DNA of 63,837 nt, filler included, from Octopus bimaculoides (taxonomy: Eukaryota): the NCBI RefSeq assembly GCF_001194135.2. It is 6 parts of 5 records of this genome, joined end to end, with 100 filler letters (N's around TTAATTAATTAA, not from the genome) between each part and the next. Parts side by side here need not be neighbours in the genome. Positions count along the whole stretch, not along the records: positions 1 to 31,409 come from NC_068982.1; 5 more parts are not named here. One strand, 5' to 3'. A program made the position numbers and the translations under genes. Every line of letters begins with the position of its first letter. Position 1 is the stretch's first letter. Of the stretch, positions 11,627-24,150 are shown piece by piece. The notes below the pieces were generated by a model. It was given only the letters and a program-made list of their open reading frames with translations. It was not told the DNA's origin and searched no databases.

Positions 11627-12830
11627 CTAGCTGAAAAGCCACCCTATCGGGCAGCTTTTAAAGTAGCTCCTGTGGAAGGCTCTTCATTGGGCCTTGGGCC
11701 CAACAATGACACTTCATGCATTGAGTACATATTAAATTTTATTAAACTTGAACTATATTTTTCAAGCAATGAACGATTTTTGTCAAAACAATGATATAAT
11801 TTGTCAACTTGGAACCTATTGCAAAGCTGCATGATAAACATTTTTTGTCTTCCCATTCTAGGTCAATACAAATAGTTTGTTTCCATTTCCTACTCTTGAA
11901 CGAGCAACATATAGCTGGTCGTAGGCAAAAATAAACTCACCTTTTAAAAGTTCAACAATAATTCTTCTGACGCCACTTAATTTAAAGACAATTGATGTAC
12001 CCAGGGGCTTACTTTTCGTACAAACTATTATTTGTAGTAGCTGGCACGTATCTAAACTCCTGTTCGAAGTTTGAAGGAAAATTACACTGCTGTCGCTAAA
12101 CAATATTTTAAAGAGCGATTTTTATGGTTTGGAATTGCTCTCAACGTATTTGGCCATAATGATGTTTTAAATATAGCATTTTTTAAGGTAATAATAAAAT
12201 TAGTCGAATCTATTTTCATGTAGTCAGAATTGCTAAGTTTCCATAGCTCCAATGGCCGACGGCATGAAAATAAGGCCGACAAATTTTATTTACATCATAA
12301 AAAATACAAAGTTTCCAACATTTTTATGGTTGAGAGTTATGAGAGGTAATATTGTATGAAAGAGTGAGTTCAATACGTATTTCAGTTCCGAACGTTATGA
12401 AGCACATGTTATGCTTAAATTATTTGATACAGTTATAATATTTAGAGAAAGATTTTTTCAAAATGCTTATTTTGGAAATTACTTTTGGAAATAGTTATGA
12501 TATTTAGAGAAATATCTTTTTCAAAATGTTAGGATTAAGGAAAAGACTAAGAATGAAGAATGAGTCATTGAATAGTGAGAGAGGAATAGTAGAAGACACC
12601 CACACCCACGTTCTGTAGGTTTCTTAATTCTTTTGGCAGAGCGTTAAAGAACTGTTAGTCTTTGAACCCCAAGCACATTCGAGTGAGGACTATGCAATTG
12701 CTCCAGGCACGGTTAGTTGTAAAACTCTTGATGCCGAAGTTAGGTACTAACCCTTCCAGAAGAGAGAGTGAGAGACAGACAGAAAGACTAACAGACAGAT
12801 ATAGATTGATAGATAACCAGATAAACAGAG
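11627..12830 (-). mobile_element. Helitron remnant with intact 3' end and PIF1-helicase C-terminal fragment
   Basis: The minus strand ends in the hairpin aaagc-tg-ccc-gata-ggg-tg-gcttt followed by ttcag-CTAG|T. The ORF at 11858-12103 contains YDQLYVARSRVGNGNKLFVL, matching the helicase motif HGQLYVAxSRV. The 5' boundary is approximate. Confidence 0.8.
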
Positions 12831-13814
12831 AGGAACTGATAGATATACACACATGTACACATATACATATATATAAATATATACTCACACATATATATGG
12901 TTATATATATGCGTGTGCCCGTGTGTGCCCGTTTGTGCGTGCGTGCGTGCGTGCGTGCATGCGTGCGTGCGTAACCCTGTGTTATCGACAAACTAAATTG
13001 ATTGCATCCACTCTATGCCATCAAGAAACTAAGCTGGGTTCAAGATAAATTAATTTATGTAACAATATAACAAAATTAAGAAATATCTTATGTAGAAAGA
13101 TCGAGAAAACTCGGAACGCTAACTCGATATCGCTTTTGAATGTGATAAAACTAAAGAATAGTAAACATAACATGAAAACGTAGATTGTTGTAGAGATGAA
13201 ATAGTGGGGGACAAATAAGAAAACCCACAGACAATTCTATTTAAACTCGAAAAAAAAGAGGAAACACAATATTAACTACAAACATACTATAAATACAAAT
13301 ACACAGATATTGTTGCACATACAATAAGAGAAAGAACAATGGCAGATAACACGATACAATCCAGAGTCAAGCAGATAAAGTGATATAGAAATCATAAAAT
13401 AAAATTATGCAGAAGCTGAAACGATACCAGGACATGAAAGAAAATATTTAGGCCCCAAAATTCTGGTGAATCATAAAAGAGACTTAATGAATCCAGTTAA
13501 TGAAGCACTCAAGAACCTATTTGATGAAACACAATTCGAAAGTTGTAATTTTTTCCCATGACTACCATTTTTTATCGCTCGCTACAACGTTACACCGTCA
13601 AAACAATAAGTAAAATATCGAGAGTAAAGTAGACAAACTACAACCATTAACAACACAATACGCTGAAGATAAAAGATACAGATACAATGTACAGAAATTA
13701 ACATTATATAATGTAAGTTAAATATAAATGAAATCTGATATTGAAATACAATCAAGTGAAAAAATTATATAGAATAAAGAAGAAACAGAATATATTAATT
13801 AGAAATATAAACTG

Positions 13815-13862
<48 letters not shown>

Positions 13863-14716
13863 NNNNNNNNNNNNNNNNNNNNNNNNNNNNNNNNNNNNNN
13901 NNNNNNNNNNNNNNNNNNNNNNNNNNNNNNNNNNNNNNNNNNNNNNNNNNNNNNNNNNNNNNNNNNNNNNNNNNNNNNNNNNNNNNNNNNNNNNNNNNNN
14001 NNNNNNNNNNNNNNNNNNNNNNNNNNNNNNNNNNNNNNNNNNNNNNNNNNNNNNNNNNNNNNNNNNNNNNNNNNNNNNNNNNNNNNNNNNNNNNNNNNNN
14101 NNNNNNNNNNNNNNNNNNNNNNNNNNNNNNNNNNNNNNNNNNNNNNNNNNNNNNNNNNNNNNNNNNNNNNNNNNNNNNNNNNNNNNNNNNNNNNNNNNNN
14201 NNNNNNNNNNNNNNNNNNNNNNNNNNNNNNNNNNNNNNNNNNNNNNNNNNNNNNNNNNNNNNNNNNNNNNNNNNNNNNNNNNNNNNNNNNNNNNNNNNNN
14301 NNNNNNNNNNNNNNNNNNNNNNNNNNNNNNNNNNNNNNNNNNNNNNNNNNNNNNNNNNNNNNNNNNNNNNNNNNNNNNNNNNNNNNNNNNNNNNNNNNNN
14401 NNNNNNNNNNNNNNNNNNNNNNNNNNNNNNNNNNNNNNNNNNNNNNNNNNNNNNNNNNNNNNNNNNNNNNNNNNNNNNNNNNNNNNNNNNNNNNNNNNNN
14501 NNNNNNNNNNNNNNNNNNNNNNNNNNNNNNNNNNNNNNNNNNNNNNNNNNNNNNNNNNNNNNNNNNNNNNNNNNNNNNNNNNNNNNNNNNNNNNNNNNNN
14601 NNNNNNNNNNNNNNNNNNNNNNNNNNNNNNNNNNNNNNNNNNNNNNNNNNNNNNNNNNNNNNNNNNNNNNNNNNNNNNNNNNNNNNNNNNNNNNNNNNNN
14701 NNNNNNNNNNNNNNNN

Positions 14717-14774
<58 letters not shown>

Positions 14775-14844
14775 TATGTGTATATGTGTATATATGTATA
14801 TATATGTGTATATATATATGCATATATATATAAACATATATATA

Positions 14845-15195
14845 GATGAAGTAGTTGTATGCTGTCAACTTAATGTGACAGTCCCCTGAAGGGAATAATA
14901 CTACTGTTGGTTAGACCTAGGAAGCTGCACCGCTTTCTGTCGGCCTTGACACATTTCCTGTGTCCTTATGTGCCCTACAACTCAACATTCACGAACTCAG
15001 GTATCCCAAGCTAAAGAAGGATTTACAATCAAAAGCCCTACCATTCATCTCCACATACAACCCCTTTAACATAAGGACACAGGAAATGTGTCAAGGCCGA
15101 CAGGAAGCGATGCAGCTTCCTAGGTCTAACCAGCAGTAGTATTATTCCCTTCAGGGGACTGTCATATTAAGTTGACAGCATACACCTACTTCATC
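14845..15195. repeat. Near-perfect inverted repeat (127-bp arms 14845-14971 and 15069-15195) enclosing a ~97-bp copy of the downstream Penelope-like ORF
   Basis: I count 5 mismatches in 127 bp. Loop 14972-15060 matches ~16072-16160 (caactcaacattcacgaactcaggtatcccaagctaaagaa...ccattcatctccacatacaa). Confidence 0.92.
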
Positions 15196-15261
15196 GTATC
15201 ACTACTGCATAAATCTCTCTGAGAGATTTAGAAATGTGTTATTTCTAAATATATACAGATG

Positions 15262-15302
<41 letters not shown>

Positions 15303-15305
15303 GTG

Positions 15306-15398
<93 letters not shown>

Positions 15399-15439
15399 GT
15401 GTATATTGGATGCATGTACATGTGTATGTGTGTGTGTGT

Positions 15440-16740
15440 TACTCCAATGAATTCCCACACCGCATCGAAGAAGAATTCCTAATAGGACTAAAATTCATCT
15501 TGGAGAATAACTTCGTCTTCAAAGACAACTTCTATCGACAAAACTCGGGGACTGCGATGGGCGCGAGAATGCCCCCGCCTCCATTGCTAACCTAGTCATG
15601 GGATATCTAGTAATCAGTCATTATCGTAAGATACTAGAAAAATACGGCAACCCATTCTCCCTCTACACAGAAAATAACTGGAAGAGGTATCTGGATGACT
15701 GCTTCATTCTTTGGTATAAAAGTATAGAGAGACTTAAAGAATTTCAAGCACTTATAAATGGACTTGACGTAAACATTCGATTTACGATGGAATATAGCCA
15801 TCAACAACTTCTATTCCTCGACGTCCTCATTAAGAAATTCAACAACAAAATAGAAACAGACATACACTATAAGCCCACGGACTCCAAGCAATATCTACCG
15901 TTCAACTCATGCCACCCCAGATACACTAGAATGAATGCCCACTTGAACCTCACAAAAAGGCTTTGTACTATAGTTTCTAATACAAGCACCAGGGGCATAC
16001 GACATGAACTAAAGGATGCACTCATCAGCAGGAACTACCCACCATCACTAATTGATATAGGCTTTCAACGTGCCCCACAACTCAACATTCACGAACTCAG
16101 GTATCCCAAGCTAAAGAAAGATTTACAATTAAAAGCCTGACCATTCATCTCCACATACAATTTTCCAATTCTCCAAACGCACACCATCATAAAGAGAAAG
16201 AGACAACCAAGCCAATGAAAAGTCTCCTAAAACAAGCCCAAGTACACTCGGCAGCAACATTGAAACCGTCAGTAAAAAAACGTGGAAGACCTAACTGTGG
16301 TATATGCGTCAACCTAATTGAGGAATCGAAGTTCTTCAAACAAGGTCAACGTTTTACAGTGAAAAACAACTTCACATGTGCTTCAGAAAACCTAAAATAT
16401 GTATTAATTTTGCTCAGGGCGTCGAGAGCAATAAATAGGTCAAACCAAAAACAGTTTACGCCAAAGGATGTCCCTACAGAGAACCCAGATTAAAATTCTG
16501 GAATACAGAAAATATCATCGACATTTGCGCCACTAACGAATAACCTAACTTCAGAATATTTCCCCTCTATAAATTCAGGGATGATGTAAACTATAATCAG
16601 CGCATTAGCAAAAAGTCATATCTTATCACAAAATATAAACCCCTTTTGAATGCTTCCACCACAAATGATACTACTGCAAGGGCCTTAGAATAATACCCAC
16701 GCAAATATTAAAAACGATATATTCAGAACAGTCACTACCT
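15440..16740 (+). mobile_element. 5'-truncated Penelope-like retroelement (RT + GIY-YIG endonuclease), disrupted
   Basis: RT motifs Q.SGTAMGARM / ANLVM, WKRYLDDCF, FLDV, HYKPTDSKQYL.FNSCHP and RNYP; then a Cys motif (RPNCGIC, FTCASEN) typical of the PLE linker/GIY-YIG region; the ORF end reads KYKPLLN. Frameshifts separate the pieces. Confidence 0.88.
15598..16140 (+). pseudogene. PLE reverse transcriptase fragment (180 aa)
   Basis: YLDD catalytic motif plus the thumb motifs listed above. Confidence 0.88.
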
Positions 16741-16859
16741 ATGAATTTATTCAGAAGAATTCCAATCACTACTACTATAACCACAACAGGTCACTTTGAG
16801 GTCGCTTGACCATTTAAGAAGACTCTAGCAACAGCCTACTACAGTCATACCACTCCCGT

Positions 16860-17000
16860 CTTTTTCCTATTCTTACTCTTCTTTTCCTACTCCCTCTTCT
16901 TTTCCTACTCCCTCTTCTTCTTCTTCTTCTTATTCTTATTTTTTCTTCTTCTCCTTCTTCTTCTTCTTCTTCTTCTTCTTCTTCTTCTTCTTCTTCTCCG
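16860..17000. repeat. (CTT)n-rich polypyrimidine tract
   Basis: Directly visible. Confidence 0.9.
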
Positions 17001-17204
17001 TTTCCTTCCTCGTCTACTGCTGCTTAAACAATAAAAAACCCAGAACCCACATCCCTCATTTTAAATATTTCTTCAAATCTGGTGCTACCTACCTACCGAA
17101 CCTTCACAAAAGTAAAAGAGGGACAGACAGACAGACAGACAGACAGAAAAATGGAAAATGTCCCACGTATTTGAGAACTATGGAAATATTCTAAAAAAAA
17201 CATC

Positions 17205-17335
17205 CATTCACAAGTCTTTGGACTTTCGAATGGATTTCACATTACCAAATCCATTCGCAAGTCTTTGGAGTTATAATAGAAGACATTTGCCGAAGGTGCT
17301 ACGCAAACATCTTAACCGCGCAGCCATGACTACAT
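17205..17335 (-). mobile_element. SINE family B 5' fragment
   Basis: accaaatccattcgcaagtctttgg...agacatttgccgaaggtgc is the reverse complement of the family B head and body. Confidence 0.65.
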
Positions 17336-17779
17336 GGTAACTGTAAGGTTAAATCGAGCAAAATCCCACTCAACGAGAAGTGACTAGTAATGATCGTAGA
17401 GAGTATTATATGCACAAACTATATTTGTCAAGAACTGAAAATAGCTCTTAGCCTAACTTAGTATAACAGAGCTTCAGTTTATTGGTAAACTATTAAGTGA
17501 ACGTATTTTGCGACTATTTTCAATTCCAGCTTTCAGTCATTTCACTTTATTTCCGTTATTAATGAGGTTTAAGACAAGCATGACTATCACACATTCTCAT
17601 TTGTCAACTATAAATATAAGACTTTGAAAGAAATCAATGAAATAGAACAATGAATGTCTAGTCGGTTTCAGTACAACAATATAGTAANNNNNNNNNNTAT
17701 ATATATATATATATATTAATGTGTGTGTGTGCATGTGTATGTGTGTGTACGAGCAAACATGTATATGTATGTATGTACG

Positions 17780-17813
<34 letters not shown>

Positions 17814-18399
17814 CACATGCATACATACATGCATACACACATACATACATATACATTCAAACATCTATACATACATAAGATAGGATTCAGGTATTGATTT
17901 CCACTTGGTAGTTAGTTAGCACATTATTTATGTCGCTGATGCTCTACCATAGTGTGTGTGACAAACCATGTTCGGAAATGGATATCGTTGCAATAAATAT
18001 ATTATATTCACATACACGCATGCATACACACAAGCGCGCGCACGCATGTACGCATGCACACGCACGCACACACACACACATGCATCTATATACATTACAC
18101 TTAAGGTCTCAAATTCACATATACATAGCTACGTATATAAATTTGAAACCTTAAACTCCAAACAACGTCAGCTGAAACAAGAACTTACTGTCCTGAATTG
18201 CAAATGAAAATTGCCGAGTAGACTGTTTGTCAAAGATACTAAGTTAGTAAATTGCAAATTCAACGTAAACACCACAATTTCGGTAAAAGGCGTCCCACCA
18301 GATGAACAAATTGAACGCTACTCGAATGCTAGAAATTATAAGATCAACAAGAAATGTGGATGGAAGGGAGAAGCAGAAAGAGGCAAAAAACAATATATA

Positions 18400-19850
18400 A
18401 TAAATGGTACAGTATTGAAATATGTTCTAAATAAAATGATGCGTAGGTAATCCCGAGGTACAGACGACATGGTGGAATAGAGATGAATGATTAAAAAAAA
18501 TATGGCCATCACAACTTTCAGCCAATAAAATGAATACTGTTTCAATGCTTATCTTGACTACTACATTTGGTTTTGTAAGTATTGATATATGGTCTTGGTA
18601 CTTGAATCTGACCTTTTTTGTCTAGATTTGGTATCGTTGAATGGGGAGATCCATTAGACATACCCAACTGACAAGGAGCATTTACTGTTTTCACTCCAAA
18701 ACATAAGCTAAAAACTGACCAATCAGAAGCCGGTCAGAACATCATGTATATTATATACACAATGTTTCTGTCTAATCTGCAAGGCAGTGCTTCTATCCAG
18801 TCTTCTACAGAGTGTTTCTATCAGTTCTTCTAGTATATTTACGCACCCAATATTAAAACACCTGACCAAGGTGGAGAAAATAATGAATGTTGGGGTTTAT
18901 GAAAGATACAAAGGATCAAAATAATACAAGAAGAAAAATCAGAAGCTGCGGGTATTTGTGTGTAGTGAGGCCGGGCGATAAAAAAGCCTTTGATACCAAC
19001 AGGTGAATTATAATAAAACATAATTACTGTATTTACTCATGTTAAATCGCACCCTTTTATAATTAATTCTAAATGGAAAAAACTGGGATGTGACTTATAC
19101 TTGGGACAAAGCTGATATCAAGTGTGAATATGATATCAAGTTTGAATATGGAAAAAAATGTACCAAGATTAACATTTTATGTTAAATGTATACGTTACCT
19201 AAAGTTCCACAACCGCTGTGAGCTATTATTTAACACTAGCCAAAATATGATCCAACACTTTACATCAGGTAAACCAATTAAATTTCACCAATTAAATTTC
19301 ACACATACAACCAATTAAATTTCACACATAGAATGTTAAAATTCTATCGTATAGAACGAGAGCTTTTAAACACGGCCCCTCGTTCTCTCTTTAAATTCTT
19401 TATCCTAGCCACTCTCAAAACATGGTATTTACGGGAACAGAGACCTTGAATCTAGAAACATTGGTATATCTTCTTCAGAAGCAACTTCAAATCGTGTGGG
19501 TCATGTATTAATTGCATCAAAAACCAAGTGTATCGTAGAACCCAATATTCTACTGGAACGAAATTGAATGAGTCCAAACATTTTTCGGTGGTAAGAGAAA
19601 GAAATTTGTAACCTGAGAAGACAACTTTGCAGTAACTTATGTGGTTAGGTTAGAACGAGCATTTTGGATAAAATTAGAATATGAAGTATGAAGGAACCAT
19701 TAACAGAATGAGAGAAAGGTGCGGGGCATTGGAAGAAACGAATGATTAAAGAAAATATGGCCATCTCAACTTTCAGTCTACAAGACGATCTTTGTTCACA
19801 ACATTGCTTCAAAGATTGTCTTGACTACTACTACATATATTTACAACAAA
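18400..19850 (-). mobile_element. Very decayed PLE RT remnant flanked by ~150-190-bp diverged direct repeats (18400-18590 and 19660-19850)
   Basis: The minus strand gives MFLDSRSLFP*IP (cf. SLDVxSLFTxIP) and QLGMSNGSP (cf. QxxGxxMGSP). The flanks share gaatgattaaa.aaaatatggccatc.caactttcag and tcttgactactac. Confidence 0.4.
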
Positions 19851-20018
19851 AATTTAGCAAGTTCAATGTAGGAACTCATAAATTCCTCAGTATTACTGGA
19901 AGTTTCAACTGAACATAGACATGCGAGGGTGAAGTTTGTTGTCGCATTAAGCTTCATTTCACTTTGTGAAGAACCACCTCTAAACATCCACACTCATCTC
20001 ATATGCAACACTACGGAT

Positions 20019-20069
<51 letters not shown>

Positions 20070-20232
20070 ATCCTAAAAAACTCCCCAACTCAGTCCGGCT
20101 AAGCATAAGAAATGTATAGACATAGGATTAATTGCATCGTCTATGTATATCCACACTACCCTTATTGCCTTCCATAATGATTCACAGCTGGCATATCGGA
20201 GTTATTAATATATTTTGATATAATGATATAAG

Positions 20233-20403
20233 TCGGCGAGCTAGCAGAATCGTTTACTCGCTGGCATAGTGCTTAGCGCCATTTCTACCGTTTGTACGTT
20301 TTGAGTTCAAATTCAGCCGAGGTTGACTTTGCCTCTCCTCCTTTCAGTGGAGTCGATTACACCCTCTCCCGGAATTACTGGACTTGTGCCAAAATTTGAA
20401 AAC
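20233..20403 (+). mobile_element. SINE family A copy
   Basis: Matches 5652-5875. Confidence 0.85.
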
Positions 20404-20611
20404 AATATAAAAAATGTATAACATAACTATAACAAATTGGCTGTATAATTAAGAAACTTACTTTGAAAACAGCGGCTTCGAGTTCAGCTTCACTGCTCAA
20501 TCCCTTGAGTAAGTGTCTTCTACTACAGCCCCGAGTCCACCAATATACTGTCGACCCTAAAACCGTATGAAATGCTCCTAAGCATTTTGCCCGGTATGCT
20601 AACTATTCTTT

Positions 20612-20775
20612 TCTACTCTAGGTACAAGGCCCAAAATTTGGTACTTAATTTATCGACTCCGAAAGGATGAAAGGCAAAGTCGACCACGGTGGAATTTGAA
20701 CTCAGAACGTGAAAACAGACGAAATACCGCTAAGCATTTCGCCCGGCGTGCTAACGTTTCTGCCAGCTCACCGCC
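20612..20775 (-). mobile_element. SINE family A copy with an internal deletion, inverted relative to 20233
   Basis: The reverse complement reads ggcggtgagctggcagaaacgttagcacgccgggcgaaatgcttagcgg... Confidence 0.9.
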
Positions 20776-21492
20776 CTAGCTACATCGTGATATGAAATCA
20801 ATCTCTTCAGTAAAGAAAATAAGCAAAAAAGGAATCCTCGTGAAATATTTTGCTTGAGTTTCCGAACCTGATAATAATATTGGTCAGTAACATAGCTAAT
20901 TAATTTCATGCGAAACATGAAATTAAAACTCACTAATCATTTTCCAAGCAGTATTGGCAAATACTGCCAAATGCACCAACAACAAAAAGAAAAAAGAGCT
21001 AGCAAGGAAACCTCTTGCAAGTAAACTGAAACCAAACGATCCTACTGTATTCACAAATGGTCAAGGATAAGGTAATATCAGTATATACCAGAAAATTACC
21101 GGTACCATATTTGGCGAACAGAAAGTAGAAAAAAATAGTGGTTATCATTGAGCAATGCAGTCCTTTTTGATCTCCCAATCTCTCTGTAACAAACTACAAT
21201 TTACTGCAAAATACATAATGTTGCTGCATTGAGTCTCAACCCCAACAGTCATTGAACTACTTGAAAAACTACTTCCAAACATCTTATCGCATATCCATTG
21301 CCCCGGATGACTACTACTACAGCTATATCATTCTAAAAAAAACTCAGCTCAGCCAAGTATAAGAAATGCACAAGCACAAAATTAGCTGCTATGTCAATGA
21401 ATAGGCAGACTACAACAATATGTACTTTACAGCGATTAACCACATGCATGTCCGAGTTAGTAATACATTTTAATACATTTTTATATATAACA

Positions 21493-21965
21493 AAGGTGGT
21501 GAGTTAGCAGAATCGTGAGCCCGCCGAGCAAAATCCTAAGCGGAATTTCGTCCGTCTTCATGTTCTGAGTTCAAACTTCGCCGAGATTTTGTCTTCGTCC
21601 TTTCGAGGTCGATAAAATAAGCACAAGTTAAACAGTGGGGGTCAACGTAATCAATTTATCCCCTCCCCTAAACTTGCTGGCCTAGTACCAAAATTTGAAA
21701 TCAAAATAATATATAACAAATTGGTCCTGATATAATGTTAATATCATTAACATTATTATTAACATTATAATGACGGCAAGCACTCCGGGTTTAACAGCAT
21801 TTCGTCAGTATATAAGTTCAGAGTTCAAATCACGCCGAAGTCTACTTTGCCTCTCATCCTTTCAGGATCGATAAAATAGGTATTATTTGAGTACTGGGGT
21901 CGATGTAATCGACACAACCCCTTCACCCGGAATCGCTCGCCTTGTGCCAAAATCTGAAATCAGTA
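21493..21965 (+). mobile_element. Two head-to-tail SINE family A copies (21493-21702, 21772-21965)
   Basis: Both match the family A body and 3' end (gtgccaaaat.tgaaatc). Confidence 0.85.
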
Positions 21966-22422
21966 TTATTAATATTGTATCTGACCAGCATATCCTCTCT
22001 GTTCTCTACCACTGTTATTCGTCGCCATATTTCTAATATTGGCTACAAACTGTCCTTGTCGTTTAGTAAAGAAATCTCTGTCTAAACACTTGCATAGACT
22101 TCTTTCCATATCACATAGATACTATGTGACGTGGATAGACTAGATTTAAAGAAAGTTATTTCACTGTCTTCACTCATATTAATTTAGTTAATTCAGTGAG
22201 AAGAAAAGGAGATGAGAAAATTTACTCAGTTTAAAAAAATTAAGATGGCGTCCAACTGTGTAAATCATTATTGCGAGTTCTATTTCATTTTATTAATACA
22301 GCGTGCTAAAATAAGAAATTCTAAAAGTTCAATTAAAATTGTAGGGTGGCTGGTACTTGTCAGTCTAAGAGTCATTAGCCTCCATATTTTCTCATTCACC
22401 CACCTCCATTATTTTTCTTCCA

Positions 22423-22467
22423 TAGTCTTCTTCTGATGAAAGACTAGTCTCCGAAACGCCAAGACTA
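22423..22467 (+). ncRNA. Degenerate minimal type I hammerhead-ribozyme-like motif
   Basis: tagtctt-ctt-CTGATGA-a-agactagtct-cc-GAAA-cg-cc-aagacta: complementary stem I, core CUGAUGA and GAAA. The cleavage triplet is GCC rather than GUC, so it is probably inactive. Confidence 0.55.
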
Positions 22468-23096
22468 CTTCCTTTTAAATGTCAAACTTATACAACATTT
22501 AAAACTTGTTCCACCTATGTTGTATTCTTTTCATCTTCATTGCTTTTATAATATATTACTTACTCTGTCTCCTCACTCGTTTCATGAATTTTTCTTGGAC
22601 AGTCTTTAGTTCTTCTACAGTTCTTGATTATTCACAATAGTATTCCACTCAGTGGATGTAGCGCGCTTAAAGAGTTAATTTCCAATCAGTTGATCCAGAA
22701 CGCACACCTCCCGATTTTATCTTCATAACATTGTTTATGCTTGTTGGCTTCCTAAAAATAATGCCTGCTAACTCCTCGGGTCATATTGGTGTTTGAAAAA
22801 TCATTCTACCAAACAATAGCAGAGTTGAAGTGATTTACACTTCCATACTATTTCATTCGAGATTTATATTCTGTCTCTTCTGGATTGGTTTTGCAACTAC
22901 AACCATATCATTTGAATAAATGAGTATTTTTTCCTCGCCATTAACTTTCTGTCATATATTTACCCATTCTTTCTTAATTTCCCATTTGTATTACTTTCTA
23001 ATATTTCTTCCAACTCTTTCCTACAACCTATGTCATTGTTTCTTTTCTCAATTGCTCTTTCATTTATTTCCTCCACTCCTTCTCTCCCTCGCCCCC

Positions 23097-23127
<31 letters not shown>

Positions 23128-24150
23128 CTCATTCTTATTTGCATTTTCTCACCGTTTCTCTTTTACCAAGACTCAACTGTTTCCGTTACCATTATTTTTC
23201 CCTGTTCTACCGTCTCATTCTTACCATCTATCTTTTATCACAATCATCAGATTTTTTTTAATTGTTATTTACATCCCGTCTTTATCTTAAACATTCTTTT
23301 TCACCTTCTATTTCTTACCATTTCCTTCTTACTCGCCCTTTGATCAATTCTTCTCTGTTACAAAATTTTCACAATTGAGAAGGAGTTACATCACAGTAAA
23401 GTGGCAGATTAAATCAACCATTCACACCCCCCAATGTCAAATTAATCTTAAGTGCTGTTCTCACCTACATTCTCTTCCATCATGCCACCTCTCCTAATTA
23501 TGCATTAATTCATAGTTACTTGCTGCTCACCCAGTTATTTATTTATTATACCCGAGAAGATCAATATGGAACGTATTGATCAGTAGCTTGGAATCATAGA
23601 GAAAGAATCGTTCGGAAAAAATAGCCAGTATTTTCTAAAGGAAACGAGACTGAAAATTTACTTGAACCACTAACACTTCCAAGTTGCTAGGGTAACAACA
23701 TGGCATCTGTCGTTGCTAGTCTTTCAGCCAGTCTATATAAGGGAGCCAATTCCCTGTAATGTTGAGAGCTGTTGTTTAAAATGTTTTCTTTTTGTATCTC
23801 TTAACAGAGGTTTCAATAAGTCAGCTGCATTGATAGGGTGCTGGCAAACCAACCTAAAATAGATCCTCTGCACAGTATTACTGGTACCATGTGTACGTAG
23901 AGAAGATAAAAAACTGATCACTTAGCTGCAGATGTTATAGGGAAACTCTTTTCTACTATTAACTAATAGCCCCACGTGTATTTGTATATATATATATATA
24001 TGTATATATATANNNNNNNNNNNNNNNNNNNNNNNNNNNNNNNNNNNNNNNNNNNNNNNNNNNNNNNNNNNNNNNNNNNNNNNNNNNNNNNNNNNNNNNN
24101 NNNNNNNNNNNNNNNNNNNNNNNNNNNNNNNNNNNNNNNNNNNTATATAT

